Position numbers and translations under genes: made by a program. Below, piece by piece: positions 11,345-20,802 of a stretch of DNA of 64,000 bases. Under the pieces are notes generated by a model. The model did no database searches, was not told where the DNA came from, and saw nothing but the letters and a program-made list of their open reading frames with translations. Source of the DNA: an uncultured Desulfatibacillum sp. (GTDB lineage Bacteria > Desulfobacterota > Desulfobacteria > Desulfobacterales > SpSt-501); contig CAYRUF010000004.1 of NCBI GenBank assembly GCA_964427375.1, forward strand, positions 8,690 to 72,689, read 5' to 3'. The stretch's first letter is position 1; each line of letters opens with the position of its first letter.

Positions 11345-12148
11345 GTGAACGCGTCCGTTCCCCGGCCCGTCACCCTGTTTGACCGCAGCAGAACCACCTC
11401 CCTGGAGATGGAGCTTTTGGGAGAGGAGCCGCTGTCTATCCGGGTGGAAGGCAAGCCCTACGCGGTCGTCATGCGCACACCCGGGGAGGAAATCGCCCAT
11501 GTCGCCGGTTTCTGCCTCGGCGAGGGTATTATCGACTCGCCGGCCGACTATACGTCCATCGCCACCTGCGATGCGGATAGCACCAATGTGGTCACCGTGA
11601 CCCTGAATCCGACCCGCCGGAAATCCATTGCTGGGATTCTGGACCGCCGCAGCTACGTCAGCCAGACCAGCTGCGGGCTGTGCGGAAAGGAGCTGGTTCA
11701 GGACCTCTATCAGGAGATCCGGCCCATGCCGGCCGGCACCGCCGTTTCGATCTCAACGGCGCTCAGGAGGCTGGATTCCCTGTCCGCCCACCAGCCGCTC
11801 AGAAGCCGCACGCACGCTTCGCACGCCGCTTCTCTCTGGGATGCGCCCGGCAATCTGGTGGCGGTGGCCGAGGACATCGGCCGCCACAACGCCCTGGACA
11901 AAGCCATCGGCAAGGCGTTCCTCGACGGCCGGCTTTCGCAGACCGCCTTCCTGATTATGTCTTCTCGAATCAGCTACGAACTCGTGCAGAAAGCCGCTCG
12001 CGCACGGATTCCGGTCATTCTCTCCGTGTCCCGGCCGACCGGATTGGCGGTGGAGCTAGCCGCACGCCTTAAAATGGGAATCGCCTGTCTGGCTGCCGGA
12101 GAGGGGGTATACATCTTCTGCGGCCACGAACGGTTCCAGCTGGCATAG
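11345..12148 (+). CDS. fdhD: Formate dehydrogenase accessory sulfurtransferase FdhD
   Basis: SCGLCG and GRHNALDK motifs. GTG at 11345 follows AGGAGG. The alternative ATG at 11318 sits inside the rplU promoter. Confidence 0.88.
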   Translation: MNASVPRPVTLFDRSRTTSLEMELLGEEPLSIRVEGKPYAVVMRTPGEEIAHVAGFCLGEGIIDSPADYTSIATCDADSTNVVTVTLNPTRRKSIAGILDRRSYVSQTSCGLCGKELVQDLYQEIRPMPAGTAVSISTALRRLDSLSAHQPLRSRTHASHAASLWDAPGNLVAVAEDIGRHNALDKAIGKAFLDGRLSQTAFLIMSSRISYELVQKAARARIPVILSVSRPTGLAVELAARLKMGIACLAAGEGVYIFCGHERFQLA

Positions 12149-12161
12149 CTTCCGACGAGGC

Positions 12162-13373
12162 CTAGCGCGTCTGATCCCGCCGGTCTCCGGCCGGCGCTTC
12201 GGCGCACCCGCAGGTGGCGCCGCAGCACGGAGCTGCTGAGGACAGAGGGCTTACTGACGCAGTCGCCGCGAGTCTCGCCGAGGTCGGAGGTTCGGCCGGA
12301 TTCTTTTTTTCAAGCAGCGATTTCAGTTTCAGCGCGGTCGGCTGGATCGAAATGGCGACGATCAGCAGAGCCGCCCCCCACTGCAGCCATCCCGGAACGA
12401 TTGCCGCAGCCTGGCCGGCTGCGGCCCTGGCTGAAATCCCCATGGCCGCGTAGGCCTGGTCCACCGCCCAGCCCATCAGAACCGAACAGACCGCGATGGC
12501 TGATAGATAGATGACGGTCGCCCGCTTGCCGAGGGTTCCCATCAGCACCGTCATCGAGGCCATATTCGTCGCCGGACCGGCGAGCAGAAACACCAGGGCC
12601 ACCCCCGGGCTTACTCCTTTCAGAATGAGGGCGGCGGCGATGGGGGTGGAGGCCGTAGCGCAGATGTAAAGCGGAATCCCGACCGCCAGCATCAGCAGCA
12701 TGGCCGGTAGGCCCGACCCCAGGTGACGGCTGAAAAAATCGTCGGGGATGACGACCGTAATCAGGCCGGCCAGCAGCAGCCCGAAGAAAAACCATGGCGC
12801 GATGTCCCCCCACAGATCGGTGACGGCAAACCGGATCCCGGCCCGCAGCTTCTCGTAAAAGCGGTGATGATTCCGGTGAACCTGGGGATCGCAGTTGACG
12901 CCGTCGCAGCATCCGTCCACCGGGCAGGTCAGGTCCGGGGCAGCCGGTGCCGCGGCCCTGCGGTAGCCGAAGAGGTTTTCGGCGATCCCTGCCACGAAAG
13001 CCGTAAAAAAGGCCGCGACGGGCCGCGCCACAGTCATGACCGGATCCAGCATGGCGTAGGTCACGGCGATCGAATCCACGCCGGATTCGGGAGTGGAGAT
13101 CAAAAATGCGGTGGTGGCGCCTTTGGTGGCGCCCTGTTTGCGCAGCGACACGGCTGCGGGCAGCACCCCGCACGATCAGAGCGGGATCGGTACTCCGATC
13201 AGGGCCGCCTTGAACACCGACGAATAGCGGCCGCTGCCCAGATGCCGGGCGATGGAATTCGGATTGAGCAACACCCGGAAAAGCCCGCTCGCCAGCAGGC
13301 CGAATAGTATGTACACGGCCGCATCCAGAAGCAGGTGCCTGGATTCGTTCAGGATTTCAACGATGAAGGCCAT
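12162..13373 (-). CDS. ArsP-like / SO_0444-like permease (PF03773-type) read through an in-frame TGA at 13176-13178; candidate selenoprotein, otherwise a nonsense pseudogene
   Basis: ORFs 13176..13373 and 12162..13166 are in the same frame and separated only by the TGA. The joined sequence reads GVPIPL-[TGA]-SCGVLPAAVSL, which matches the family PxCSC(G/S) motif. Multi-TM protein with Cys/His-rich loops (CPVDGCCDGVNCDPQVHRNHH, PCCGATCGC). Confidence 0.7.
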
Positions 13374-13400
13374 GGCGGCGTCCTTTTAGAGAAATCGTGA

Positions 13401-13802
13401 CTATTCACGGATATGCCGCAGCCCGATATCGAGCAGCAGCACCACATGTTTGTCGTCCAGCGCATAGTAGACCACCTGGCCATCCCGCCGGCTGCGAACC
13501 AGGGATAAATCCTTGAGCCGACGCAGCTGGTGCGAAACCGCCGACTCGCTGATGCCGGTCAGCGCCGCCAGGTCGCAGACGCACATCTCGTCCCGGCGCA
13601 GGGCCATTAGGATCTTCAGTCGGCTCGGGTCTCCCAGAACGCGATAGACCAAGGCCAGAGCTGCCAGTTCGTTATCCGGCGATGCCTCTCGGAGAGCGCT
13701 TTTCACCCGATCGGCATGAACGATCCTCGGCCGGTCGTCGGGGTCCGGATATCCGATCAGTTCCGTCCGCGGCATAACGCCTTTCCGTGAATATCTGAAC
13801 AT
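13401..13802 (-). CDS. arsR: ArsR/SmtB-family metalloregulator
   Basis: Winged-HTH region LKILMALRRDEMCVCDLAALTGISESAVSHQLRRLKDLSLV, with the CVC motif in the position of the ArsR As(III) site. 27 nt upstream of the permease. Confidence 0.85.
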   Translation of the reverse strand: MFRYSRKGVMPRTELIGYPDPDDRPRIVHADRVKSALREASPDNELAALALVYRVLGDPSRLKILMALRRDEMCVCDLAALTGISESAVSHQLRRLKDLSLVRSRRDGQVVYYALDDKHVVLLLDIGLRHIRE

Positions 13803-13849
13803 ACTTTCATATATAAGACCGGCTGCGAAGGTGTCAACGTCACCCGGCC

Positions 13850-13888
13850 TTAACCATAATCTAACCGGGTCCTAACCGTGGTCCAATC
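13850..13888 (+). promoter_or_regulatory. Candidate Pho box: four 11-bp-phased repeats upstream of phoB (divergent from arsR)
   Basis: cTTAACC, cTAACC, cTAACC and cCAATC begin at 13851, 13862, 13873 and 13884. Confidence 0.55.
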
Positions 13889-13997
13889 GTCGACAAATAA
13901 ATTGATCCCTGTTTGAAATACCGCTAAGCTGATCAAAGGGGCGCTGGACATTTTCACCCTGGCCCGATTTTGATCGGCTCCAATAGGACGCATACGT

Positions 13998-14690
13998 ATG
14001 GCCAAAGAACGCATTCTGGTCGTCGACGACGAGGAAGATATCCTGGAATTGATCCGCTTTCATCTGTCGCGCGAAGGCTACCAGCTGGCGCTGGCGGCAA
14101 CCGGCGAGGAGGCCTTGAAGAAGGCCGGCCGGGAGGCATTCGACCTGGTCGTGCTGGACTTGATGCTGCCCGGCCTGGATGGCTTGGAAGTGGCCAAAGC
14201 TTTGAAAGCGGAAGCCAGGACCCGGACCCTGCCGATCATCATGCTCACGGCCAAGGGCGAGGATGCCGACATCGTCACCGGCCTGGAAATCGGGGCCGAC
14301 GACTACATCACCAAACCGTTCAGCCCAAGGGTGCTCACCGCGCGCGTCAAGGCCGTGCTGCGGCGGCGGTCCCGCGCAGGGGTGGACGACGCCCGGGTGA
14401 TATTGATCCACGAGCTCGAGATCCATCCTGGGCGCCGCACCGTGATGGCCGGCGGCAAGGCCTTGGATCTGACGTTCACGGAGTTCCAGCTGCTTTGCGT
14501 GCTCGCGCGCCGGCCCGGCTGGGTGTTCACGCGTTCGCAGATCGTCGATGCCGTCCGCGGCAGCGACTACCCGGTTACCGATCGCAGCGTCGATGTCCAG
14601 GTGGTGGGCCTGCGAAAAAAATTGGGCGCGTACGGGCATTACATCGAGACCGTGCGCGGGGTCGGTTACCGCTTCAGGGAAGCGGCATGA
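13998..14690 (+). CDS. phoB: OmpR/PhoB-family response regulator (PhoB-like by context)
   Basis: Receiver domain (ILVVDDEEDILE...DLVVLDLMLPGLDG) plus a winged-helix C-terminus (LTFTEFQLL...VDVQVVGLRKKL...IETVRGVGYRF). Sits next to the pst genes and a PhoR-like kinase. Confidence 0.8.
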   Translation: MAKERILVVDDEEDILELIRFHLSREGYQLALAATGEEALKKAGREAFDLVVLDLMLPGLDGLEVAKALKAEARTRTLPIIMLTAKGEDADIVTGLEIGADDYITKPFSPRVLTARVKAVLRRRSRAGVDDARVILIHELEIHPGRRTVMAGGKALDLTFTEFQLLCVLARRPGWVFTRSQIVDAVRGSDYPVTDRSVDVQVVGLRKKLGAYGHYIETVRGVGYRFREAA

Positions 14691-16474
14691 AGAAGCGCAA
14701 AAAATTCATCTGGCGCCTGTTCTTCTCCTATATTTTCATTGCGATCGGTGCGCTGCTGGTGGCCGGGTGGTATTTCGTGCATTCGCTGGACTCGTTTCTC
14801 CATGATCTGGTCGTCGTCGAGCTTTCCGAAAGGGCCCGTCTGCTTCAAAACCAGATCCTTTCCTATCTGGAACCGCTGAATCCGGGGGCCGTAGACGCCA
14901 TCTGCAAGCAGTCCGGCAAGGCCTCGGAAACTCGCTTCACCGTGATTCTGGCCTCCGGCGTCGTCATCGGCGATACGTGGGAGACCCCGCAAAATATGGA
15001 CAACCATGCCGGCCGGCCGGAGGTTGCCGGGGCCCTGGCAAACGGCCAGGCCACGTCGCAACGCTTCAGCAACACCCTCCAGCAGAACATCATCTATGTA
15101 GCGATTGCCGTTCGGCAGGAGGGCCGGTCGATCGGCGTGGTGCGGGCATCCATTCCGCTGGCGCGCATGGAAACGCAGCTGGCACGAATCCGTGCCGAAT
15201 TCTGGGGCATCGGCGGGCTCCTGGCTCTCCTGGCGCTGGGGGTGACCTTCGCCATTTCCCGGCAATACGGCCGGAAAATGCAGGAGTTCAAGCAAAGTGC
15301 CGCGCGCCTGGCCGAGGGCGAACTCGCCCACCGCCTGGCGATACCCGATTCCGACGAGCTGGCCGGCCTGGCCGAATCCTTGAACCGGATGGCGGCTCAG
15401 CTGGAAAGCCGCATGCAGACCGTCGTCAGCCAGCGCAACCAGATCGAAGCCGTTCTGTCGAGCATGCTCGAGGGAGTGATTGCGGTCAGCCGTGACGAGC
15501 GCATCCTCAGCATCAACCCGGCCGCGGCGCGGTGGTTCGACCTCGATCCGGAAAAAGTCCGCGACCGCAACCTCCCCGAGGCGATCCGCAACCTCGCCAT
15601 TCAGAAGTTCGTCACGCGTTCCCTGAAAAGCCGCGCCCCGGTGGAAGACGATGTAGCGGTTTACCGCAACGGCGAACGCATCCTGAACATCAAGAGCGCG
15701 CCGCTGCTCGACGTGGGACCCGAGCCGATCGGCATCCTGATCGTCTTCAACGACGTCACCCAGCTGCGCCGCCTGGAAGACATGCGCCGGGAGTTCGTCG
15801 CCAACGTCTCCCATGAAATCAGAACTCCCCTGACCGCGATCAAGGGGTTCGTGGAAACACTTCACCACAACATCGTTGAAACGCCGGAGGAGGTCGAACG
15901 GTTTCTGGCGATCATCGCCAAGCACGTGGATCGGCTCAACACCATCATCGAAGACCTACTGATGCTCTCGCGCATTGAAAACGAGGGCGAACGCGGCGCC
16001 ATCAGGCGTGAAAGGACCCGTTTGCGGGATCTTTTCCAGAACGCCGTGCAGATCTGCCGGACCCAAGCCGACGAAAAGCGCATTCGGATCGAACTCGCGG
16101 GGGACGAGGGGCTTGAGGCGATGGTCGACCCGGTCCTGCTGGAGCAAGCCGTCGTCAACCTGCTGGACAATGCCGTCAAGTACAGTGACCCCGAAAAGAC
16201 TGTCCGGGTCCGGGCCCAGGCCGTCGATTATGAAATCCAGATCCAGGTGCAGGACCACGGAATCGGCATCGAGGAAAAGCACCTGCCGCGGCTGTTCGAG
16301 CGCTTTTACCGGGTCGACAAGGCCCGCAGCCGGGCGCTTGGCGGCACGGGGCTGGGACTGGCCATCGTCAAGCACATCGCCCAAGCCCATGGCGGCCATG
16401 TCACGGTGGAAAGCCGGCTGGGCGAAGGCAGCCGCTTCACCATCCACCTGCCGCGAGACCCGGAGCACGCCTGA
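14687..16474 (+). CDS. phoR: Sensor histidine kinase, PhoR-like (2 TM, HAMP, PAS, HisKA, HATPase_c)
   Basis: ATG at 14687 overlaps the phoB stop (ATGA). H-box FVANVSHEIRTPLTAI, N-box LLDNAVKYS, G-boxes DHGIGI and GGTGLGLAIVKH. The 13970 start in the ORF track is an artefact. Confidence 0.8.
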   Translation: MKKRKKFIWRLFFSYIFIAIGALLVAGWYFVHSLDSFLHDLVVVELSERARLLQNQILSYLEPLNPGAVDAICKQSGKASETRFTVILASGVVIGDTWETPQNMDNHAGRPEVAGALANGQATSQRFSNTLQQNIIYVAIAVRQEGRSIGVVRASIPLARMETQLARIRAEFWGIGGLLALLALGVTFAISRQYGRKMQEFKQSAARLAEGELAHRLAIPDSDELAGLAESLNRMAAQLESRMQTVVSQRNQIEAVLSSMLEGVIAVSRDERILSINPAAARWFDLDPEKVRDRNLPEAIRNLAIQKFVTRSLKSRAPVEDDVAVYRNGERILNIKSAPLLDVGPEPIGILIVFNDVTQLRRLEDMRREFVANVSHEIRTPLTAIKGFVETLHHNIVETPEEVERFLAIIAKHVDRLNTIIEDLLMLSRIENEGERGAIRRERTRLRDLFQNAVQICRTQADEKRIRIELAGDEGLEAMVDPVLLEQAVVNLLDNAVKYSDPEKTVRVRAQAVDYEIQIQVQDHGIGIEEKHLPRLFERFYRVDKARSRALGGTGLGLAIVKHIAQAHGGHVTVESRLGEGSRFTIHLPRDPEHA

Positions 16475-16680
16475 CCTGCAGATAAGTTTTCCCCTGCGGA
16501 GATGGTGATCCCTATTCTCCGCAGCCTGCTGTGCATCCATCCCGGAATTAATTTCGAAATTCAACTGGGGGCCATGGTTGTTTTATACTTCCCCGGATCT
16601 ATCACCAACCGCACGGCAACAGCCTCTGTAACACTTACCAAATAAAAAGTATCTCATTTTTGCGGCATTACTCATAACGT

Positions 16681-16725
16681 AAAAAAAGCCCGAACAAACA
16701 GCATCACGCCGTCTGTACGGGGCTC
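16681..16725 (-). terminator. Rho-independent terminator candidate after hicA
   Basis: The minus strand reads AGCCCCGUACAGAC...GCUGUUUGUUCGGGCU, an imperfect hairpin followed by U7. Confidence 0.55.
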
Positions 16726-16741
16726 ATGTTTCCTTGGATCC

Positions 16742-16969
16742 TTATTTCTTTTTTAGAAAGTCTTCGGGTTCGATATCAGCTTGTTTCAGAATGACCCGCA
16801 GCGTGCCTTCGGGCATATCGCCGGGATGATTGGGGATGGTGGTGTAACGGTCGGTTTGATCATTGTACCAAATCTCGTGGCTCCCTGCCGCTTGGCGATC
16901 AAAAGCAAAACCAAACGCCTTTAGACGTTTGATGATCTGTCGGTACTTAAAGCCGGCCAAGCGCCCCAT
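16742..16969 (-). CDS. hicA: HicA-family mRNA interferase toxin
   Basis: MGRLAGFKYRQIIKRLKAFGFAFDRQAAGSHEIWYN...TTIPNHPGDMPEGTLRVILKQADI is the YcfA/HicA pattern. An alternative start at 16984 is possible. Confidence 0.8.
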   Translation of the reverse strand: MGRLAGFKYRQIIKRLKAFGFAFDRQAAGSHEIWYNDQTDRYTTIPNHPGDMPEGTLRVILKQADIEPEDFLKKK

Positions 16970-16970
16970 T

Positions 16971-17201
16971 TCAAGCGTTGACAATCAAAGGGTAGTCAAA
17001 GGAATCAGCGATGGCTTCAAGTTGCATGCTACCGGATCGGAGAGCGCGAGCTTCGATTAGTTTGCGAGCCACATCACGGGCAATTTCTAAAGCCTCCGTG
17101 GCTGTCCTCCCCTGGGCCACCAGCCCTTGAATGTCATCTGAGGTAGCCAAGTATACGCCTTCTGGCAGCTTCTCGATATGAATGTTGATTATTTTCTCCA
17201 T
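16971..17201 (-). CDS. hicB: HicB-family antitoxin (short form)
   Basis: MEKIINIHIEKLPEGVYLATSDDIQGLVAQGRTATEALEIARDVARKLIEA. Lies immediately upstream of hicA. Confidence 0.65.
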   Translation of the reverse strand: MEKIINIHIEKLPEGVYLATSDDIQGLVAQGRTATEALEIARDVARKLIEARALRSGSMQLEAIADSFDYPLIVNA

Positions 17202-17226
17202 AACGCACTCCGTATGCGTAACCGTC

Positions 17227-17245
17227 TGTATATGACCTCTATACA
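17227..17245 (-). promoter_or_regulatory. Palindromic operator candidate upstream of hicB
   Basis: TGTATA-tgacctc-TATACA, 26 nt upstream of the hicB ATG. Confidence 0.4.
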
Positions 17246-17287
17246 ATAAGCTATTTTTCAGCTCCCGACAACATCAAAATCGGCAGA

Positions 17288-18187
17288 TCAGCCGAAGCGG
17301 CCGGTGATGTAATCCTGCGTCAGTTCATGGCGGGGGTTGGTGAAGATGCGCTCGGTGGGGCCGACCTCGATCAGGTCGCCCAGGTGGAAATAAGCGGTGC
17401 GCTGGGAGACCCGCGCGGCCTGCTGCATGGAGTGGGTCACGATGCAGATGGAGTATTGGCTGCGCAGCTCGAAGATGAGATCCTCGATGACCGACGTGGC
17501 GATCGGGTCTAAGGCCGAACAGGGTTCGTCCATCAGGATGATCTCGGGATTGACCGCAATGGTGCGGGCGATGCACAGCCGCTGCTGCTGGCCGCCGGAC
17601 AACCCGGTGCCGGGCTGATCCATACGGTCTTTGACCTCCTCCCATAATCCGGCTTTCCGGAGAGAGGTTTCAACGACCCCGTCCAGTTCGGAGGGCGTCC
17701 GGCAAAGCCCGTGAATCCGAGGCCCGTAAGCCACATTTTCATAAATGGACTTCGGAAACGGATTGGGCTTCTGGAACACCATGCCGACCTGGGCGCGCAG
17801 CGGCACCACATCGACGTCTTTGCCGTGAATGTTGACGCCGTCCAGGAGGATGTCCCCGGTGACCCGGCAGCCTTCAATCGTGTCATTCATCCGGTTCAGG
17901 CAGCGGATGAAGGTGGACTTGCCGCAGCCCGACGGCCCGATCATGGCCAAAACTTCGTTGCGGCCGATGTCGATCGAAACGTTCTTGATCGCGTGCTTGT
18001 CCCCGTAATAGACGTTCACGCTGCGGCAGACCATGCGCGGATTCTCGACCGTGATGGTGCCGACCGTCTCGCGCTTTTCGCGGCTGACCCGCGGCCGGCC
18101 GGTCTCGGCGCTGGTTTTCGGTTTGGAGGGAGTTTCGACCATCGTGTCCGCCAGGTTCGTTTCATCCACCCGTGTGAATGTGAGCAT
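17288..18187 (-). CDS. pstB: Phosphate ABC transporter ATP-binding protein PstB (with an N-terminal extension)
   Basis: [48 protein letters not shown]. The start at 18187 has GAGGGA 9 nt upstream. A later Met at 18142 is possible. Confidence 0.9.
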   Translation of the reverse strand: MLTFTRVDETNLADTMVETPSKPKTSAETGRPRVSREKRETVGTITVENPRMVCRSVNVYYGDKHAIKNVSIDIGRNEVLAMIGPSGCGKSTFIRCLNRMNDTIEGCRVTGDILLDGVNIHGKDVDVVPLRAQVGMVFQKPNPFPKSIYENVAYGPRIHGLCRTPSELDGVVETSLRKAGLWEEVKDRMDQPGTGLSGGQQQRLCIARTIAVNPEIILMDEPCSALDPIATSVIEDLIFELRSQYSICIVTHSMQQAARVSQRTAYFHLGDLIEVGPTERIFTNPRHELTQDYITGRFG

Positions 18188-18300
18188 ATCGAGTTGTCCC
18201 TCAACCTACGATTCGGTTCAGGATCAGTAAAGGCTCTGTTAAAATTGGGCAGGCTCCCATGGGAGGGGGGGCCTGCCCCGTTGTTGAATTTCGGCAGCGC

Positions 18301-19353
18301 CTATTTCACTTCGGTCAACGTTTTCAGCGCCTTGACGCTCTCACCGACCTGCTTGCGCTCGGCATCCGGCAGCGGAATCAGCCCCTTTTCGCTGAGGTAG
18401 CCGTCCTTGCCCCAGGCCTTCTCGCTGGTGAACTCGGCCAGATACTCCGGGATGCCGGGAATCACTCCGACATGCGCTTTTTTGACATAGAAGAACAGCG
18501 GGCGGGACAGTGGGTATTTTCCGCTGGCGATGTTTTCGAAGTTGGGCGGATTGCCGTCCACATAAGAGCCCTGGATCTTGTCGGTGTTCTGATCCAAGAA
18601 GCTGAACCCGAAAACGCCCAATGCGTTCGGATTGGAACCCAGCTTCTGCACGATGAGGTTGTCGTTCTCGCCGGCTTCGACGTAGGCGCCGTCTTCGCGG
18701 ATCGAAGAAAACACCTTCTGGAATTTTTTCCCGTCTTCTTTGGAGAGCTTCTTCAGTCCTTCGAATTTCAGGGCGCCTTGCTCCATGGCCAGCTCCACGA
18801 AGGCGTCCCGGGTGCCGGAGGTCGGCGGCGGCCCCAAGACCTCGATCTTGACGTCCGGAAGCGATGGGTTGACGTCTTTCCAAGTCTTATAGGGGTTAGC
18901 TACCAGGCCCTCTCCGCCTTTCGGATCCGGCACCTCCTTGGCCAGCGCCAGGAAGATGTCCCTGGTGGTCAGCTTCAAGGCCGCGGATTTCTTGGAATTG
19001 GCCACCACGATGCCGTCGTAGCCGATCTTGACCTCAACGATGTCGGTCACGCCGTTCTTCCGGCAGGCTTCGAACTCGGAGGCCTTGATGGCGCGCGAGG
19101 CGTTGGACATGTCGGGGTGCTGAACGCCGACGCCGCCGCAGAAAAGCTTGAACCCGCCGCCGGTGCCGGTGGACTCGATTTTGGGCGCCTTGAAGGATCC
19201 GGCCTTGCCGAATTTCTCGGCGACCACGGTGGCAAACGGGTAAACTGTCGAAGACCCGACGATGCTGATGCTGTCCCGCTGCTGCGCCTGAACCATTCCC
19301 GCCGCTGCCATGAGCAATGCAACGGTCATCAGAGAGATCACTGCCTTTTTCAT
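18301..19353 (-). CDS. pstS: Phosphate ABC transporter substrate-binding protein (PstS family)
   Basis: Signal peptide MKKAVISLMTVALLMAAAGMVQA followed by ISIVGSSTVYPFATVVAEKF. Lies between pstA and pstB. Confidence 0.85.
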   Translation of the reverse strand: MKKAVISLMTVALLMAAAGMVQAQQRDSISIVGSSTVYPFATVVAEKFGKAGSFKAPKIESTGTGGGFKLFCGGVGVQHPDMSNASRAIKASEFEACRKNGVTDIVEVKIGYDGIVVANSKKSAALKLTTRDIFLALAKEVPDPKGGEGLVANPYKTWKDVNPSLPDVKIEVLGPPPTSGTRDAFVELAMEQGALKFEGLKKLSKEDGKKFQKVFSSIREDGAYVEAGENDNLIVQKLGSNPNALGVFGFSFLDQNTDKIQGSYVDGNPPNFENIASGKYPLSRPLFFYVKKAHVGVIPGIPEYLAEFTSEKAWGKDGYLSEKGLIPLPDAERKQVGESVKALKTLTEVK

Positions 19354-19425
19354 TTAACTCCTCCTTGGGTTGAATTTCAACTAATTTTGGATCGTGTCGC
19401 GGTCCAAACCTAGTTCCCGATCACT

Positions 19426-19450
19426 TAACCGGCGTTAGGCCGGTGTTAGA
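19426..19450 (-). promoter_or_regulatory. Candidate Pho box upstream of pstS
   Basis: GTTAGG at 19434 and GTTAGA at 19445 (11-bp phasing), plus an inverted TAACC at 19426. About 80 bp upstream of the pstS ATG. Confidence 0.5.
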
Positions 19451-19479
19451 ATTTCATTTGGCAGGCCGACGCTGCCGAC

Positions 19480-20802
19480 TTACCAGCGGCGCTCGAATTT
19501 TTTCCGCAGGATGATGGCACCGGCGTTCATCACCACCAAAAACGCCAGCAGCACCATGATGGCCGCCGAGGTCCGCTCCACAAACGCGCGTTCCGGGCTG
19601 TCCGACCACAGGTAGATCTGGACCGGCAGCACCGTAGACGGGTCAGTGAAGCCTTTGGGGATATCCACGATGAACGCCACCATGCCGATCATCAAAAGCG
19701 GCGCGCTCTCCCCCAGCGCCCGCGCCATGCCGATGATCGTGCCGGTCAGCATGCCCGGCAGGGCCAGCGGCAGCACGTGGTGCACCACCATCTGCATTTT
19801 GGAGGCGCCGACGCCCAGAGCGGCTTCGCGGATGGACGGCGGCACGGATTTCAGGGCCGAGCGGCTGGCGATGATGATGGTGGGAAGCGTCATGAGTGTC
19901 AGCACCAGCCCGCCGACGAGCGGCGCCGAGCGCGGCAGTCCGAAGAAATTCAGGAAAACCGCGAGCCCCAGGAGCCCGAACACGATGGAGGGCACCGCGG
20001 CGAGGTTGTTGATGTTGACTTCGATCAGATCGGTCCAGCGGTTCTTCCGCGCGAATTCCTCCAGGTAGACGGCGGCGGCCACCCCGATCGGAAACGACAA
20101 GACCAGGGTGATCACCAGGGTGAAAAACGAACCGGAAACCGCACCCCAGATGCCGGCCAGTTCCGGTTCGCGCGAATCGCCGGCGCTGAAAAAGGTGGAG
20201 TTGAACCGGCGTTCCAGGCGTCCCTCGGATTCCAGCTGCTCGATCCAGGCGAGCTGCTTGTCCGAGACGCGCCGCTCAGATTCGGGCCGATCGCGCCGGA
20301 AATGGCCCTTGATGAGCATGTCGATATCGTCGTCGGCCGGCAGCCAGACCTCGGCCTCCCGGCCCGACAGATCGGGATCCTTCAGCACCATGTCCCGCAA
20401 CAGGTAGACGCTGCCGCTGCTCATCAACCCGGTCAGCTGCCGCTTGTCCTGTCGTCCGTCCACCTGCGGGAACTTCTTGAAAAGTGCTTCGCGAACCAGG
20501 GCGGCATAGTCCGCATTCACCAGAGCGTCCTGCTGGAGCACCGCCGGGTCGAAAAAGATGGGCAGCCGGATGGACGTCTGCCAGAAGGCCGAATAGCCCT
20601 TGGCGACAATGCTGACGAAAAGCAGCGCCAGGAACATCAGGCTCATCACGATCGCGGCCAGTCCGTAAAAGCGAAACCGCTTTTCAGCGCGGTAGCGGCG
20701 CTTCAGGCTGCGGTTGACGATGTCGATGGTCCGTCGGGACTCCGGAGCGGCGGCTGGGTCGATCGGGCTATTCATACTGTTCTCGATATTTCCGGACGAC
20801 AT
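19480..20802 (-). CDS. pstA: Phosphate ABC transporter permease PstA (long form)
   Basis: GIWGAVSGSFFTLVITLVLSFPIGVAAAVYLEEFA and a C-terminal PstA-type core. 440 aa. Confidence 0.88.
   Translation of the reverse strand: MSSGNIENSMNSPIDPAAAPESRRTIDIVNRSLKRRYRAEKRFRFYGLAAIVMSLMFLALLFVSIVAKGYSAFWQTSIRLPIFFDPAVLQQDALVNADYAALVREALFKKFPQVDGRQDKRQLTGLMSSGSVYLLRDMVLKDPDLSGREAEVWLPADDDIDMLIKGHFRRDRPESERRVSDKQLAWIEQLESEGRLERRFNSTFFSAGDSREPELAGIWGAVSGSFFTLVITLVLSFPIGVAAAVYLEEFARKNRWTDLIEVNINNLAAVPSIVFGLLGLAVFLNFFGLPRSAPLVGGLVLTLMTLPTIIIASRSALKSVPPSIREAALGVGASKMQMVVHHVLPLALPGMLTGTIIGMARALGESAPLLMIGMVAFIVDIPKGFTDPSTVLPVQIYLWSDSPERAFVERTSAAIMVLLAFLVVMNAGAIILRKKFERRW

Noticed and set aside
13850-13888. 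Short phased repeats as a mini-CRISPR or tandem-repeat array
   Set aside because: The units are 7 bp within an 11-bp period with only 2-4 copies, located in promoters. This is consistent with regulator binding sites, not CRISPR. No cas genes and no 25-40-bp repeats exist anywhere in the window.
13970-16474. 834-aa ORF suggesting a giant kinase that starts before phoB
   Set aside because: Its first ~240 aa are an Arg/Gly/Pro-rich out-of-frame read of the phoB gene. The real kinase starts at the ATG at 14687 (MKKRKKFIW..., a TM segment) and overlaps the phoB stop.
16475-16741. Possible tRNA or ncRNA in the low-GC gap after phoR
   Set aside because: No cloverleaf-compatible sequence or conserved tRNA boxes were seen. 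Only a hairpin (CTGCGGAGA...TCTCCGCAG at 16491-16521) without a U-tract, and the hicA terminator, are present.
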